Part shown: in pieces, positions 1-11,100 of the stretch | Layout: the number at the start of each line of letters is the position of its first letter | Position numbering within the stretch: position 1 is the stretch's first letter | DNA from: Scyliorhinus canicula | Lineage: Eukaryota | NCBI RefSeq assembly: GCF_902713615.1 | Contig: NC_052168.1 | Span: 1,922,001 to 1,986,000, forward strand | Reading direction: 5' to 3' | Length of the DNA stretch: 64,000 nucleotides | Program-made: the position numbers and the translations under genes | The notes under the pieces: generated by a model | What the model was told of the DNA's origin: nothing | The model's input: the letters and a program-made list of their open reading frames with translations, nothing else | The model's database searches: none

Positions 1-664
1 TGAGATTCTTTCATCCTCCGCAGGGGGTTGACTATCTGTTGGGTACATATCCTGGCTGATTAGCAGTTCTCCTCATTGTCCAGCTCTTTGTAATTTGAAT
101 AGTTTGGATGTCTGTGGATTATTTGAAATGTCTCTCTCTCCTTTCACACTTCCTGGGGTGGGCTAGGGTGGGGGAGGAGGGGGGGGGGGGGGGGGGGAGA
201 GGGTGGGATCTTGGTTGCTTTTCTCACATTCAGCAGCCTGCTGGTCTCGCATTTTAAAGCCCTTCGTTTTGTCTCATTTCAAGTTCTAGAATTTCAGTTG
301 GGGGCTTTTAAAATCTGTTGCTTCACGGCGACAAGAAAACTCCAGTTTGTAAGAAGGGATAAAACTCTTCCGATGCTCCATTCTGTCCACTTTCCTGCCT
401 GTCTCCGAATCCCGGACAATAAATAAAAATCTGCAGGGGCAGCACGGTGGCACAGCGGTTAGCACTGCTGCCCCACGGGGCTGAGGATCCGGGTGCAACT
501 CCGAACGTGCGTGACTGTGACCCAGAGCTGGAATTCGAAAAGAACGAAAACTTTTACTTAAAAGGCTGACTATTCGGTGAGATTTCCCGCCGCGGGTGGA
601 AATCGCACCTTTTCCCCCACCGGAACTGACACTTTGCCTTTTTTTGGTAAGATTCCGTCCCAAT

Positions 665-1620
665 GGGGCAGCACGGTGGCCTAGTGGTTAGCACAACCGC
701 CTCACGGCGCTGAGGTCCCAGGTTCGATCCCGGCTCTGGGTCACTGTCTGTGTGGAGTTTGCACATTCTCCCCGTGTCTGCGTGGGTTTCACCCCCACAA
801 CCCAAAGATGTGGGGCGCAATTCTCCGCACTCACGACGGTGCGGAGAATAGCGGGGTTCGTAAATTTTTACGGCCACGCTAGTCTGACGCCCTCCCGCTA
901 TTCTCCCCCCCCCGACTCCCGATACGAATCGCTGCCGCCGTTTTTTTACGGCCAGCAGCGATTCTCAGCTGGCCGATGGGCCGAAGTCCAAGCCCTTTAC
1001 GGCTGTTTTTACGAACGGCAAACACACCTGGTCTGGCCGTTCGTAAAAACGGCCGTAAAGTCCCGATTTTGAAAACCATGGCACCGATTGGCACGGCAGT
1101 ACCACGGCCGTGCCAAGGGTGCCATGGGCCCGCGATCGGTGCCCACCGATCGCGGGCAGCGGGTCCGATTCCCGCGCACTCTTTGTCCTTCCGCCGCCCC
1201 GCAGTATCACTTCGCGGGGCGGCAGAGGGGCATCCCGGCCCGCGCATGCGCGGGTTTCGCGCAAATGCGCGATGACGTCATCCGCGCATGCGCGGGTTGG
1301 AGTCTTCCAATCCGCGCATGCGCGGCTGACGTCATGTGACGCGTCAGCCGGCGCAAACTCTGGCAAGCGGGCTTAACGAAATTCGATAAGCCCGCGATGC
1401 CGGAGTTCACGGCCGCGGCATGCTAGCCCCGACCGGGGACCAGAATCGGTTCCCGGTCGGGGGGGGGGGAGGCTGGCGTCAAACCCGCCCGGATTTGACG
1501 CCAGGCTTACGATTTCTCCCTGTCTGGGAGAATCGCGCCCGTGCAGAGTAGGTGGATTGGCCCTGCTAAATTGCATCTTAATTGGAAAAAATAATTGAGT
1601 AATCTAAATTTTTTAATAAA
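665..1620 (+). mobile_element. tRNA-derived V-core (HE1-related) SINE, poly(A)-tailed, split by MITE
   Basis: A/B boxes, V core; TSD AAGATTCCGTCCCA 649-662 / 1621-1634. Confidence 0.88.
813..1540. mobile_element. GC-rich PIF/Harbinger-like MITE inserted in a SINE
   Basis: TIR GGGCGCAATTCTCC/GGAGAATCGCGCCC, 3-bp TSD GTG. Confidence 0.88.
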
Positions 1621-2444
1621 AAGATTCCGTCCCATGTCTGGGAAACACTTGGACACATTTATGACATTAGTCAGGCAGTATTGAGAACCAGAATGACCTT
1701 GCTTTTTAATAATACATAACAACATTCTGCCAGGTGTGATGATATGAATTATACACCTGTGTGCTCACATCAATCTGCACATTTCCCTCTAGTTACAGTG
1801 TCAATAACCGAAACAGGGTCAGCTCGTCGGTACGTTCCTGTGAGACCTCCTCACTCCTGGGCCTGGCCGGACCTGCATTCCGAGGGAATCGAGGGAATGG
1901 TCTGGCCTAACTGTCTGCCCCTCTGCCATGCGGATATTCACAGCTGGTTGCTCCCGGAAAGGGTGCATGCCTGCTGGTACAATCAGGCCCAGTGGGCACC
2001 GCAGGTGGGGAGGGGGGGGGGGGGGGTTAATTGACCCCTTTAATCATATTTTGAGTTGATGTGTTCAGTTTCCTTTGCAATTTGATTTTGTTTGATGCAG
2101 TGTCCCTTTAAGGGGCTCTTTTGATTTGTCCCTTAGTTTCAATTAGTTTGGTTCAACCCAAAATAGCTTAAGTTCCTGTGATTGAGTCACAGGCTGACCG
2201 CCACCCCACCTCCCTCACTGCCTTTAACAAACTATTAACACTGGCCCTTCACCTCTTCCCAAAATCAACTCTCCACATTCAGAACTTTGAGTGGAGCACA
2301 TCCTGGTCAGCTGAGTGGCCACTGGAGCAGCCTCACCATGAGAATCTCCACCACCCACTGGATAGGGAGTGTGATTCGCAACATTGTGAACTGATTAAGT
2401 TTTGTACGGCTGGAGTTTTGTAAGGTGTGGGTATCAGTGTCCGG

Positions 2445-3074
2445 GCCGGCATTTATTGCCCATCCCTAATTGTCCCATGAGAAGGTGGTGGTCAATGGCC
2501 TTCTTGAACCACTGGAGTCCTTCAGGTATAGTGTGCTGTTAGGGAGGGAGTTCCAGGATGTTGCCCCAGTGACAGTGAAGGAACGGCCGATATATTTCCA
2601 AATCAGGATGCTGAGTGATTGATGGGGAACCTCCAGGTGGTGGGGTTCCCAGGTATCTGCTGCTCTTGTCCTTCTCGATGGTAGAGGTCGTGGGTTTGGA
2701 AGATGCAGCCTAAGGAGCCTTGGTGAGTTACTGCAGTGTATCTTGTAGATGGGACACACGGCTGCCACTGTGTGTCGGTGGTGGAGGGTTTGAATGTTTG
2801 TGGAAGGGGGAGCAATCAAGCGGGGCTGCTTGGTCCTGGATGGTGTTGAGCTTCTTGAGTGTTGTTGGAGCTGCACTCATCCAGGCAAGTGGAGAATACT
2901 CCATCACACTCCTGACTTGTGCCTTGTAGATGGTGAACAGGCTTTGGGGGGGTCAGGAAGTGAGTTACTCTCCGCAGGATTCCCAGCCTCTGACCTGCCC
3001 TGGTAGCCACAGTATTAATGTGGCTGGGTCCAGTTCAGTTTCTGATCAATGGTAACCCCCAGGATGTTGATTGT

Positions 3075-3116
<42 letters not shown>

Positions 3117-3495
3117 CAATGATGAACCATTGAGTATCCAATTCATTTTTTCCAATTAAGGGGCAACTTAGCCTGGCCAATCCACCTAATATTTTTGGGT
3201 TGTGGGGGTGAAGCCCACGCAAACACGGGGAGAATGGGCTAACTCCACACGGACAGTGGCCCAGAGCCGGGATCGAACCTGGGACCTCAGCGCCGTGAGG
3301 CTGCAGAGATAACCACTGCGCCACCGTGCTGCCCTCTGGAGCTGAGATGATTGACCTGCAACCACTACAACCATCTTCCTTTGTGCCGGGTATGACTCCA
3401 ACCAGCGGAGAGTTTCCCCCCTGATTCCCATTGACTCCAGTTTATCTAGGGCTCTTTGATGCCACACTCGGTCAGATGCTGCCTGGATGTCCTAT
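2445..3495 (-). mobile_element. Degenerate CR1/L2-group LINE 3' fragment with inserted SINE
   Basis: AGQRLGILRRV, KLESMGIRGETLRWLESY, SWNSLPNST remnants. Confidence 0.7.
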
Positions 3496-3710
3496 CCTTG
3501 TAATCCCATAACCCCACCTAACCTACACATTTTCGGACACTAAGGGCAATTTAGCATGGCCAATCCACCTAACCGGCACATCTTTGGACTGTGGGAGGAA
3601 ACTGGAGCACCCGGAGGAAACTCACGCACACACGGGGAGAAAGTGCAAACTCCACACGGTTACCCAAGGATGGATTGAACCCGGGTCCCTGGCGCTGTGA
3701 AGCAGCAGTG

Positions 3711-3748
3711 CTGTCGAAGCTTTTCATCTTGCACTCATCAGGACAATC
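3711..3748 (-). ncRNA. Minimal type I hammerhead ribozyme motif
   Basis: GATTGTC-CTGATGA-GTGCAAGAT-GAAA-AGCT-TC-GACAG. Confidence 0.7.
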
Positions 3749-4758
3749 AGAAGAATACCAATGTCAGGGGAAACAACTGTATACTATGTGAGAAGAGGGT
3801 GTTGGTTGGTAGAGACATTGTCATGGAAAATTCACCAGTTGCTGATGAATGACAGTTAACTGCCAAGCATTGTATGAAATTTAAACCAGCAGCGTGACTG
3901 ATCAAGTCATTGCGCGAGGAATGGACCAATTCATGGCTGTCAGTTATTATGTTTAGCTAAAACAGCTGACATACTTATCTTCACACTGGCACTGAAATCA
4001 AATATGCCACATTTCTCATTTGTGTGTACACATTCTTTCTGTCTGCAGAGAACAGGGCCCCGTGTACTAATAGACGTACGTTGCGGTACACGCACATGCA
4101 CCACACTGCGGGCCAGACTGTCAATCTTAAATTGGTTGTTAGCATAATTTTTTCAGCACACTGAAGATTCTTTCGTAAATGTCGTCCAATAGAAGAATCA
4201 CAACAAATGTCGGACACCATGGCCTCCTCCGTGCTGGGACCCATTGTGAGCGAGAACAGAGATTGGGCGTTCCAGACAAAACTCCATCAATCCGCTGCAG
4301 CTCGGGAAAATCCCAGCCGCAAGTGAGGACGGAAGATTTTGGCCTGTGATTTGAGTTCTGCAAGCACGGGCTGGTTGGGTACGGTCCTGTACTTTGCCGA
4401 TTGCAAACAGCGGAAGGGGCCTGTTCCTTGATACGATTCACCAGCCTCTGCAGATGTACGGCCAACGTTCACGGCATCACACTGAAATTCATATCCCACC
4501 TCGGCAGAATATCTGCCTGGATTGATGGCAGCACTTTGTTAGTGACGAATGCCACTCGTGTTGTTACTGCATTGTGGCAGTGTGAAACAGCTGGTTTCAC
4601 TTGTTGCTCAAATGTTTGAGATACTTTCCCTTCCAGGGTAATTTGAGGTCGACTGGGCGCTTTTCAGGGCCAAAAATGACAGCCTTAGGCCCGTTCTTGA
4701 GTTTGCGCGATCTACAGCATAAAATGACCCAATCAGGGCAGCCATGATCACATAGGAT
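3711..4758 (-). mobile_element. Degenerate Penelope-like element (GIY-YIG end) with terminal hammerhead
   Basis: YEFQC..VGRT / QRLVNRIKEQ / CDSSIGRHL / LKLPWKG remnants; CTGATGA...GAAA at terminus. Confidence 0.75.
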
Positions 4759-5801
4759 TGTCAGAGGGTCAGTACTGAGGGAGTGCTGCACTGTCAGAGG
4801 GTCAGCACTGAGGGAGTGCCGCACTGTCAGAGGGTCAGTACTGAGGGAGTGCTGCACTGTCAGAGGGTCAGTGCTGAGGGAGTGCTGCACTGTCAGAGGG
4901 TCAGTACTGAGGGAGTGCCGCACTGTCAGAGGGTCAGTACTGAGGGAGTGCTGCACTGTCAGAGGGTCAGTACTGAGGGAGTGCCGCACTGTCAGAGGGT
5001 CAGTACTGAGGGAGTGCCGCACTGTCAGAGGGTCAGTACTGAGGGAGTGCCGCCCTGTCAGAGGGTCAGTACTGAGGGAGTGCCGCACTGTCAGAGGGTC
5101 AGTACTGAGGGAGTGCTGCACTGTCAGAGGGTCAGTACTGAGGGAGTGCCGCACTGTCAGAGGGTCAGTACTGAGGGAGTGCCGCACTGTCAGAGGATCA
5201 GTACTGAGGGAGTGCCGCACTGTCAGAGGGTCAGTACTGAGGGAGCGCTGCACTGTCAGAGGGTCAGTACTGAGGGAGTGCCGCCCTGTCAGAGGGTCAG
5301 TACTGAGGGAGTGCCGCACTGTCAGAGGGTCAGTACTGAGGGAGTGCTGCCCTGTCAGAGGGTCAGTACTGAGGGAGTGCTGCACTGTCAGAGGGTCAGT
5401 ACTGAGGGAGTGCCGCACTGTCAGAGGGTCAGTACTGAGGGAGTGCCGCACTGTCAGAGGGTCAGTACTGAGGGAGCGCCGCACTGTCAGAGGGTCAGTA
5501 CTGAGGGAGTGCTGCACTGTCAGAGGGTCAGTACTGAGGGAGTGCGGCACTGTCAGAGGGTCAGTACTGAGGGAGTGCTGCATTGTCAGAGGGTCAGTAC
5601 TGAGGGAGTGCCGCACTGTCAGAGGGTCAGTACTGAGGGAGTGCTGCACTGTCAGAGGGTCAGTACTGAGGGAGTGCTCCACTGTCAGAGGGTCAGTACT
5701 GAGGGAGTGCTGCACTGTCAGAGGGTCAGTACTGAGGGAGTGTTGCACTGTCAGAGGGTCAGTACTGAGGGAGTGCCGCACTGTCAGAGGGTCAGTACTG
5801 A
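4759..5801. repeat. 33-bp minisatellite GTCAGAGGGTCAGTACTGAGGGAGTGCYGCACT (~31 units)
   Basis: Direct tandem units. Confidence 0.97.
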
Positions 5802-6393
5802 GCGAATACCTTGCTGTTGTTCAGCCTCCTCCTCCAGCTCCAGGGATTCGGAATGTGTCATAGATGTGAAAGGTATGAGCTCCCAGAGTATTATTTGAAG
5901 AAAAGCTCGGAACACTTCCAATCTCCATAATAACATTCCCCTCTTAACCAATAACAGCACAAACAGGTTGTTGATCAGTATCTCATTGCTTTTTGTGTGT
6001 GGGATCGTGCTGTGTAAGCACTGGCTGCTGTGCTTCTCACAACAGTTTCTGCACTTCAAGTTGTACCTTATTGCGCTCTATAAATGCAAATCTATTTACT
6101 TGCAAAGTGCTGGGATGTCCCAATAGCTTCCCTGACAATGAAATACTCTCACTGTTATAATGTTGGGATTAACTTGGGTACAGCGAAATCCACAAATATC
6201 AGTGTGATAATGGCCAGATCGTCTGTTTCAGTGAGGCGCCTGTGTTAACATGAAGGGTTCAGCTTTGTATATCGTGTAAACAGGGGCAAATTCTGACCTC
6301 AACAGACCCATTTTCACACCACTGCAATAGTTTACATGTTGTGGAACTCCTCCTCTTTGTAACTGCCATTGAACACGGTGCAGGATGGTCCAG

Positions 6394-6468
6394 TATATAA
6401 ACCCAACATCGCAATTGGCAACGCACTCAAATCTCTACCACCTGCCTTAGACACAGAGCAACACAAGG
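6394..6468 (+). promoter_or_regulatory. TATA box and non-coding exon 1 of the parvalbumin gene
   Basis: TATATAAA 6394-6401, ~45 nt leader, consensus donor G|GTAAGT at 6469; parvalbumin genes have a non-coding first exon. Confidence 0.7.
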
Positions 6469-6955
6469 GTAAGTGTTATTTAATCTACTTTGTTAGATTG
6501 TCATCAGAAATACGCTAAGACGTTTGTCCGGCAACTTTGTGAGGAGGGTGAAAAAAATCTTACAGTCACAGGTTTTAGGTCCAAGGTGATCTTCATACTC
6601 TTCAGCTGCAAGAGGGGAATTAATGCTTCTCAATTTGCTACAGAAACAGGATTGCTCAGAATTTTACTGATGGATGAGAGTTCAATGTGCTCCCTGTGAG
6701 AGAGAGAGAGAGCGAATCGGAGAAATTTAACTCATAGAACATTACAGCACAGTACAGGCCCTTCGGCCATCGATGTTGCGCCGACCTGTGAAACCCCTTT
6801 AAAGTCCCTCTACACTATTCCCTTATCGTCCATATGCCTATCCAATGACCATTTGAATGCGTTTAGTGTTGGCGAGTCAGAGTGAAACAGAGATCTTCAT
6901 AGAGTGAAAGAGAGAGAGTGACCAGTTTTTAAAAAATTGATCATTCATGGGATGT

Positions 6956-7852
6956 GGGGCAGCACGGTGGCCTAGTGGTTAGCACAACCGCCTCACGGTG
7001 CTGAGGTCCCAGGTTCGATCCCGGCTCTGGGTCACTGTCCGTGTGGAGTTGCACATTCTCCCCGTGTCTGCGTGGGTTTCGCCCCCACAACCCAAAGATG
7101 TGCAGAGTAGGTGGATTGGCCACGCTAAATTGCCCCTTAATTGGAAAAAATAATTGGGTACTCTAAATTAAAAAAAAAAAAATTCATGGGATGTGGGGGT
7201 TGCTATCCCTAATTGTTTTAAACGAAGGGGCTTGCCACATCACTGCAGGGGGCATTAATGTGGAGTCACAAGTCGGCCAGACCTGGTAAGGACGGCAGAT
7301 TTCCTTCCCTAAAGGACACGAGTGACCCAGATGGGTTTTTACAACAATCGACAATGGTTTCATGGTCATCATTACTGAGACGGGCGGCACGGTGGCACAG
7401 TGGTTAGCATTGCTGCCTACGGCGCTGAGGACCCGGGTTCGAATCCCGGCCCCGGGTCACTGTCTGTGAGGAGTTTGCACATTCTCCCCGTGTCTGCGTG
7501 GGTTTCACCCCCACAACCCAAAGATGTGCAGGTTAGGTGGATTGGCCACGTTAAATTGCCCCTTAATTGGAAAAAATGAATTGGATATTCTAAATTTATA
7601 AAAAAAAAATCATTACTGAGACTAGGGGCAGCACGGTGACGCAGTGGTTAGCACTGCTGCCTCACAGTGCCGAGGTCCCAGGTTCAATCCCGACCAGGGG
7701 TCACTGTCCGTGTGGAGTTTGCACATTCTCCCCGTGTCTGCGTGGGTTTCGCCCCCACAACCCAAAGATGTGCAGGGTAGGTGGATTGGCCACGCTAAAT
7801 TGCCCCTTAATTGGAAAAAATAACTGGGTAATCTAAATTTATAAAGAAAAAA
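6956..7852 (+). mobile_element. Cluster of three poly(A)-tailed V-core SINEs (6956-7181, 7382-7608, 7625-7852)
   Basis: TSDs ATTCATGGGATGT and ATCATTACTGAGAC. Confidence 0.9.
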
Positions 7853-8102
7853 ATCATTACTGAGACTAATGTTAAATCTAGGTTATCACGTGAATTAAAA
7901 TTCTACGAGATGCCATGAACCCTTGTCCCAGAACATTAACCTGGGCCACCCGATTACTAGTCCAGTGACATTATCAGTGCCCCCCGTCTCCCCTTTGTGA
8001 AGGGGCTCGGATGCTTGCTCAATGAATGAATGAGCTTGAAATATTCCGTCAGTTTATTCCAGGCTGTAATGTGTACAATCACGTCTTGTTCGCAGGTTTA
8101 CA

Positions 8103-8163
8103 ATGAAGATCACTGATTTCCTTACTGCTGATGACGTGGCCGCTGCTCTCGCTGAATGTAACG
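8103..8163 (+). CDS. Parvalbumin/oncomodulin-like first coding exon
   Basis: ttcgcag acceptor at 8095, ATG 8103, [20 protein letters not shown], donor gtaaag 8164. Confidence 0.92.
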
Positions 8164-11100
8164 GTAAAGTCACTTCCCAAAATTCCTCATTATCTCTGAA
8201 TGATTCCTGAATTTCCAGGTTCCCCTAAAGCCTCATTCAAACTTGTGGGATTCACTTCACCCTCCCTAATCCAGCGTCAGTTACCCCAATCATTCCCACA
8301 TTGTTCATTCAGATAATCAATCTCAGCTCACATTGCAGCTATGTGTGGCTCGGTCCTCACCTGTAACTTGACCGCAGCCTGTGACACATGGACCCTGTCA
8401 AGGGAGAGAGTAGCAGGGGCGTTGGCAATCATTTTCAATTCCTCTCTGGCCACAGGAGAGGTGCCGAGGGACTGGAGGATAGTCAATGTGGTTCCATTAT
8501 TCAAGCAGGGAGGAAGGGATAAACCAGGAAACTACAGACCAGTCAGTCTAACCTCAGTGGTGGGGAAACTATTGGAAGCAATTCTGAGAGACAGAACGAA
8601 TCTGCATTTGGAGAGGCCGGGATTAATCAGGAACAGTCAGCGTGGTTTGGTTAAGGGAAGGTCATGTCTGATCAACTTGAGAGAACTTTTCAAAGAGGTG
8701 ACCAGGTGTGTCGATGAGGGAAATGCATTGGATGTAGTCGACTTGGACTTCAGCAGGGCTTTTGATAAGGTGCCACATGGGAGACTGACAGCGAAGGTAA
8801 GAGCCCATGGGCTCCAATGAAATTTGGCAAATTGGATCCAGAATTGGCTGAGTGGCAGGAAGCAGAGGGTGATGGGCGAGGGTTTTTTCTGACTGGAAGC
8901 ATGTGTCCAGTGGGGTCCCACAGGGATCAGTGTTGGGGTCCCGCAGGGATCAGTGTTGGGGTCCCACAGGGATCAGTGTTGGGGTCCCACAGGGATCAGT
9001 GTTGGGGTCCCGCAGGGATCAGTGTTGGGGTCCCACAGGGATCAGTGTTGGGGTCCCACAGGGATCAGTGTTGGGGTCCCGCAGGGATCAGTGTTGGGGA
9101 CAGGGATCAGTGTTGGGGACAGGGATCAGTGTTGGGGTCCCGCAGGGATCAGTGTTGGGATCCCGCAGAGATCAGTGTTGGGGTCCCACAGGGATCAGTG
9201 TTGGGGTCCCACAGGGATCAGTGTTGGGGTCCCACAGGGATCAGTGTTGGGGACAGGGATCAGTGTTGGGGACGGGGATCAGTGTTGGGGACAGGGATCA
9301 GTGTTGGGGTCCCACAGGGATCAGTGTTGGGGTCCCACAGGGATCAGTGTTGGGGTCCCGCAGGGATCAGTGTTGGGGACAGGGATCAGTGTTGGGGTCC
9401 CACAGGGATCAGTGTTGGGGACAGGGATCAGTGTTGGGGTCAGGGATCAGTGTTGGGGTCCCGCAGGGATCAGTGTTGGGGACAGGGATTAGTGTTGGGG
9501 TCCCACAGGGATCAGTGTTGGGGACAGGGATCAGTGTTGGGGTCAGGGATCAGTGTTGGGGCCCCGCAGGGATCAGTGTTGGGGACAGGGATCAGTGTTG
9601 GGGACAGGGATCAGTGTTGGGGTCAGGGATCAGTGTTGGGGTCCCGCAGGGATCACTGTTGGGGACAGGGATCAGTGTTGGGGTCCCACAGGGATCAGTG
9701 TTGGGGACAGGGATCAGTGTTGGGGTCCCACAGGGATCAGTGTTGGGGTCCCGCAGGGATCAGTGTTGGGGTCCCACAGGGATCAGTGTTGGGGTCCCAC
9801 AGGGATCAGTGTTGGGGTCCCACAGGGATCAGTGTTGGGGTCCCGCAGGGATCAGTGTTGGGGTCCCACAGGGATCAGTGTTGGGGACAGGGATCAGTGT
9901 TGTGGTCCCACAGGGATCAGTGTTTGGGACAGGGATCAGTGTTGGGGTCCCACAGGGATCAGTGTTGGGGTCCCACAGGGATCAGTGTTGGGGACAGGGA
10001 TCAGTGTTGGGGACGGGGATCAGTGTTGGGGACAGGGATCAGTGTTGGGGTCCCACAGGGATCAGTGTTGGGGTCCCACAGGGATCAGTGTTGGGGTCCC
10101 ACAGGGATCAGTGTTGGGGACAGGGATCAGTGTTGGGGTCCCACAGGGATCAGTGTTGGGGACAGGGATCAGTGTTGGGGTCCCACAGGGATCAGTGTTG
10201 GGGACAGGGATCAGTGTTGGGGTCCCACAGGGATCAGTGTTGGGGTCCCGCAGGGATCAGTGTTGGGGTCCCGCAGGGATCAGTGTTGGGGACAGGGATC
10301 AGTGTTGGGGTCAGGGATCAGTGTTGGGGTCCCACAGGGATCAGTGTTGGGGACAGGGATCAGTGTTGGGGTCCCACAGGGATCAGTGTTGGGGTCCCGA
10401 AGGGATCAGTGTTGGGGACAGGGATCAGTGTTGGGGACAGGGATCAGTGTTGGGGTCCCGCAGGGATCAGTGTTGGGGTCCCACAGGGATCGGAGTTGGG
10501 GTCCCACAGGGATCAGTGTTGGGGCCCCACAGGGATCAGTGTTGGGGTCCCACAGGGATCAGTGTTGGGGACAGGGATCAGTGTTGGGGTCCCACAGGGA
10601 TCGGTGTTGGGGTCCCACAGGGATCAGTGTTGGGGCCCCACAGGGATCAGTGTTGGGGCCCCACAGGGATCAGTGTTGGGGTCAGGGATCAGTGTTGGGG
10701 TCCCACAGGGATCAGTGTTGGGGTCCCAGAGGGATCGGTGTTGGGGACGGGGATCAGTGTTGGGGTCCCACAGGGATCAGTGTTGGGGTCCCACAGGGAT
10801 CAGTGTTGGGGCCCCACAGGGATCAGTGTTGGGGACAGGGATCAGTGTTGGGGACAGGGATCAGTGTTGGGGTCCCACAGGGATCAGTGTTGGGGCCCCA
10901 CAGGGATCAGTGCTGGGGACCCACAGGGATCAGTGTTGGGGTCCCGCAGGGATCAGTGTTGGGGACAGGGATCAGTGTTGGGGACAGGGATCAGTGTTGG
11001 GGACGGGGATCAGTGTTGGGGACAGGGATCAGTGTTGGGGACAGGGATCAGTGTTGGGGACAGGGATCAGTGTTGGGGTCCCACAGGGATCAGTGTTGGG

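Noticed and set aside
665-740. tRNA gene (A and B boxes)
   Set aside because: tRNA-derived SINE heads; run into V core without acceptor stem or terminator
3075-3114. Long G/C homopolymers (also 180-197, 48853-48891)
   Set aside because: Lengths unreliable; may be sequencing artefacts
4597-5898. Long repetitive ORFs / CRISPR-like periodicity
   Set aside because: Head-to-tail repeats with no unique spacers; eukaryotic DNA; no cas genes
6076-6088. MEF2/TATA-like CTATAAATG upstream of parvalbumin
   Set aside because: Imperfect match inside an apparent old repeat tail (GCGCTCTATAAATGCAA)
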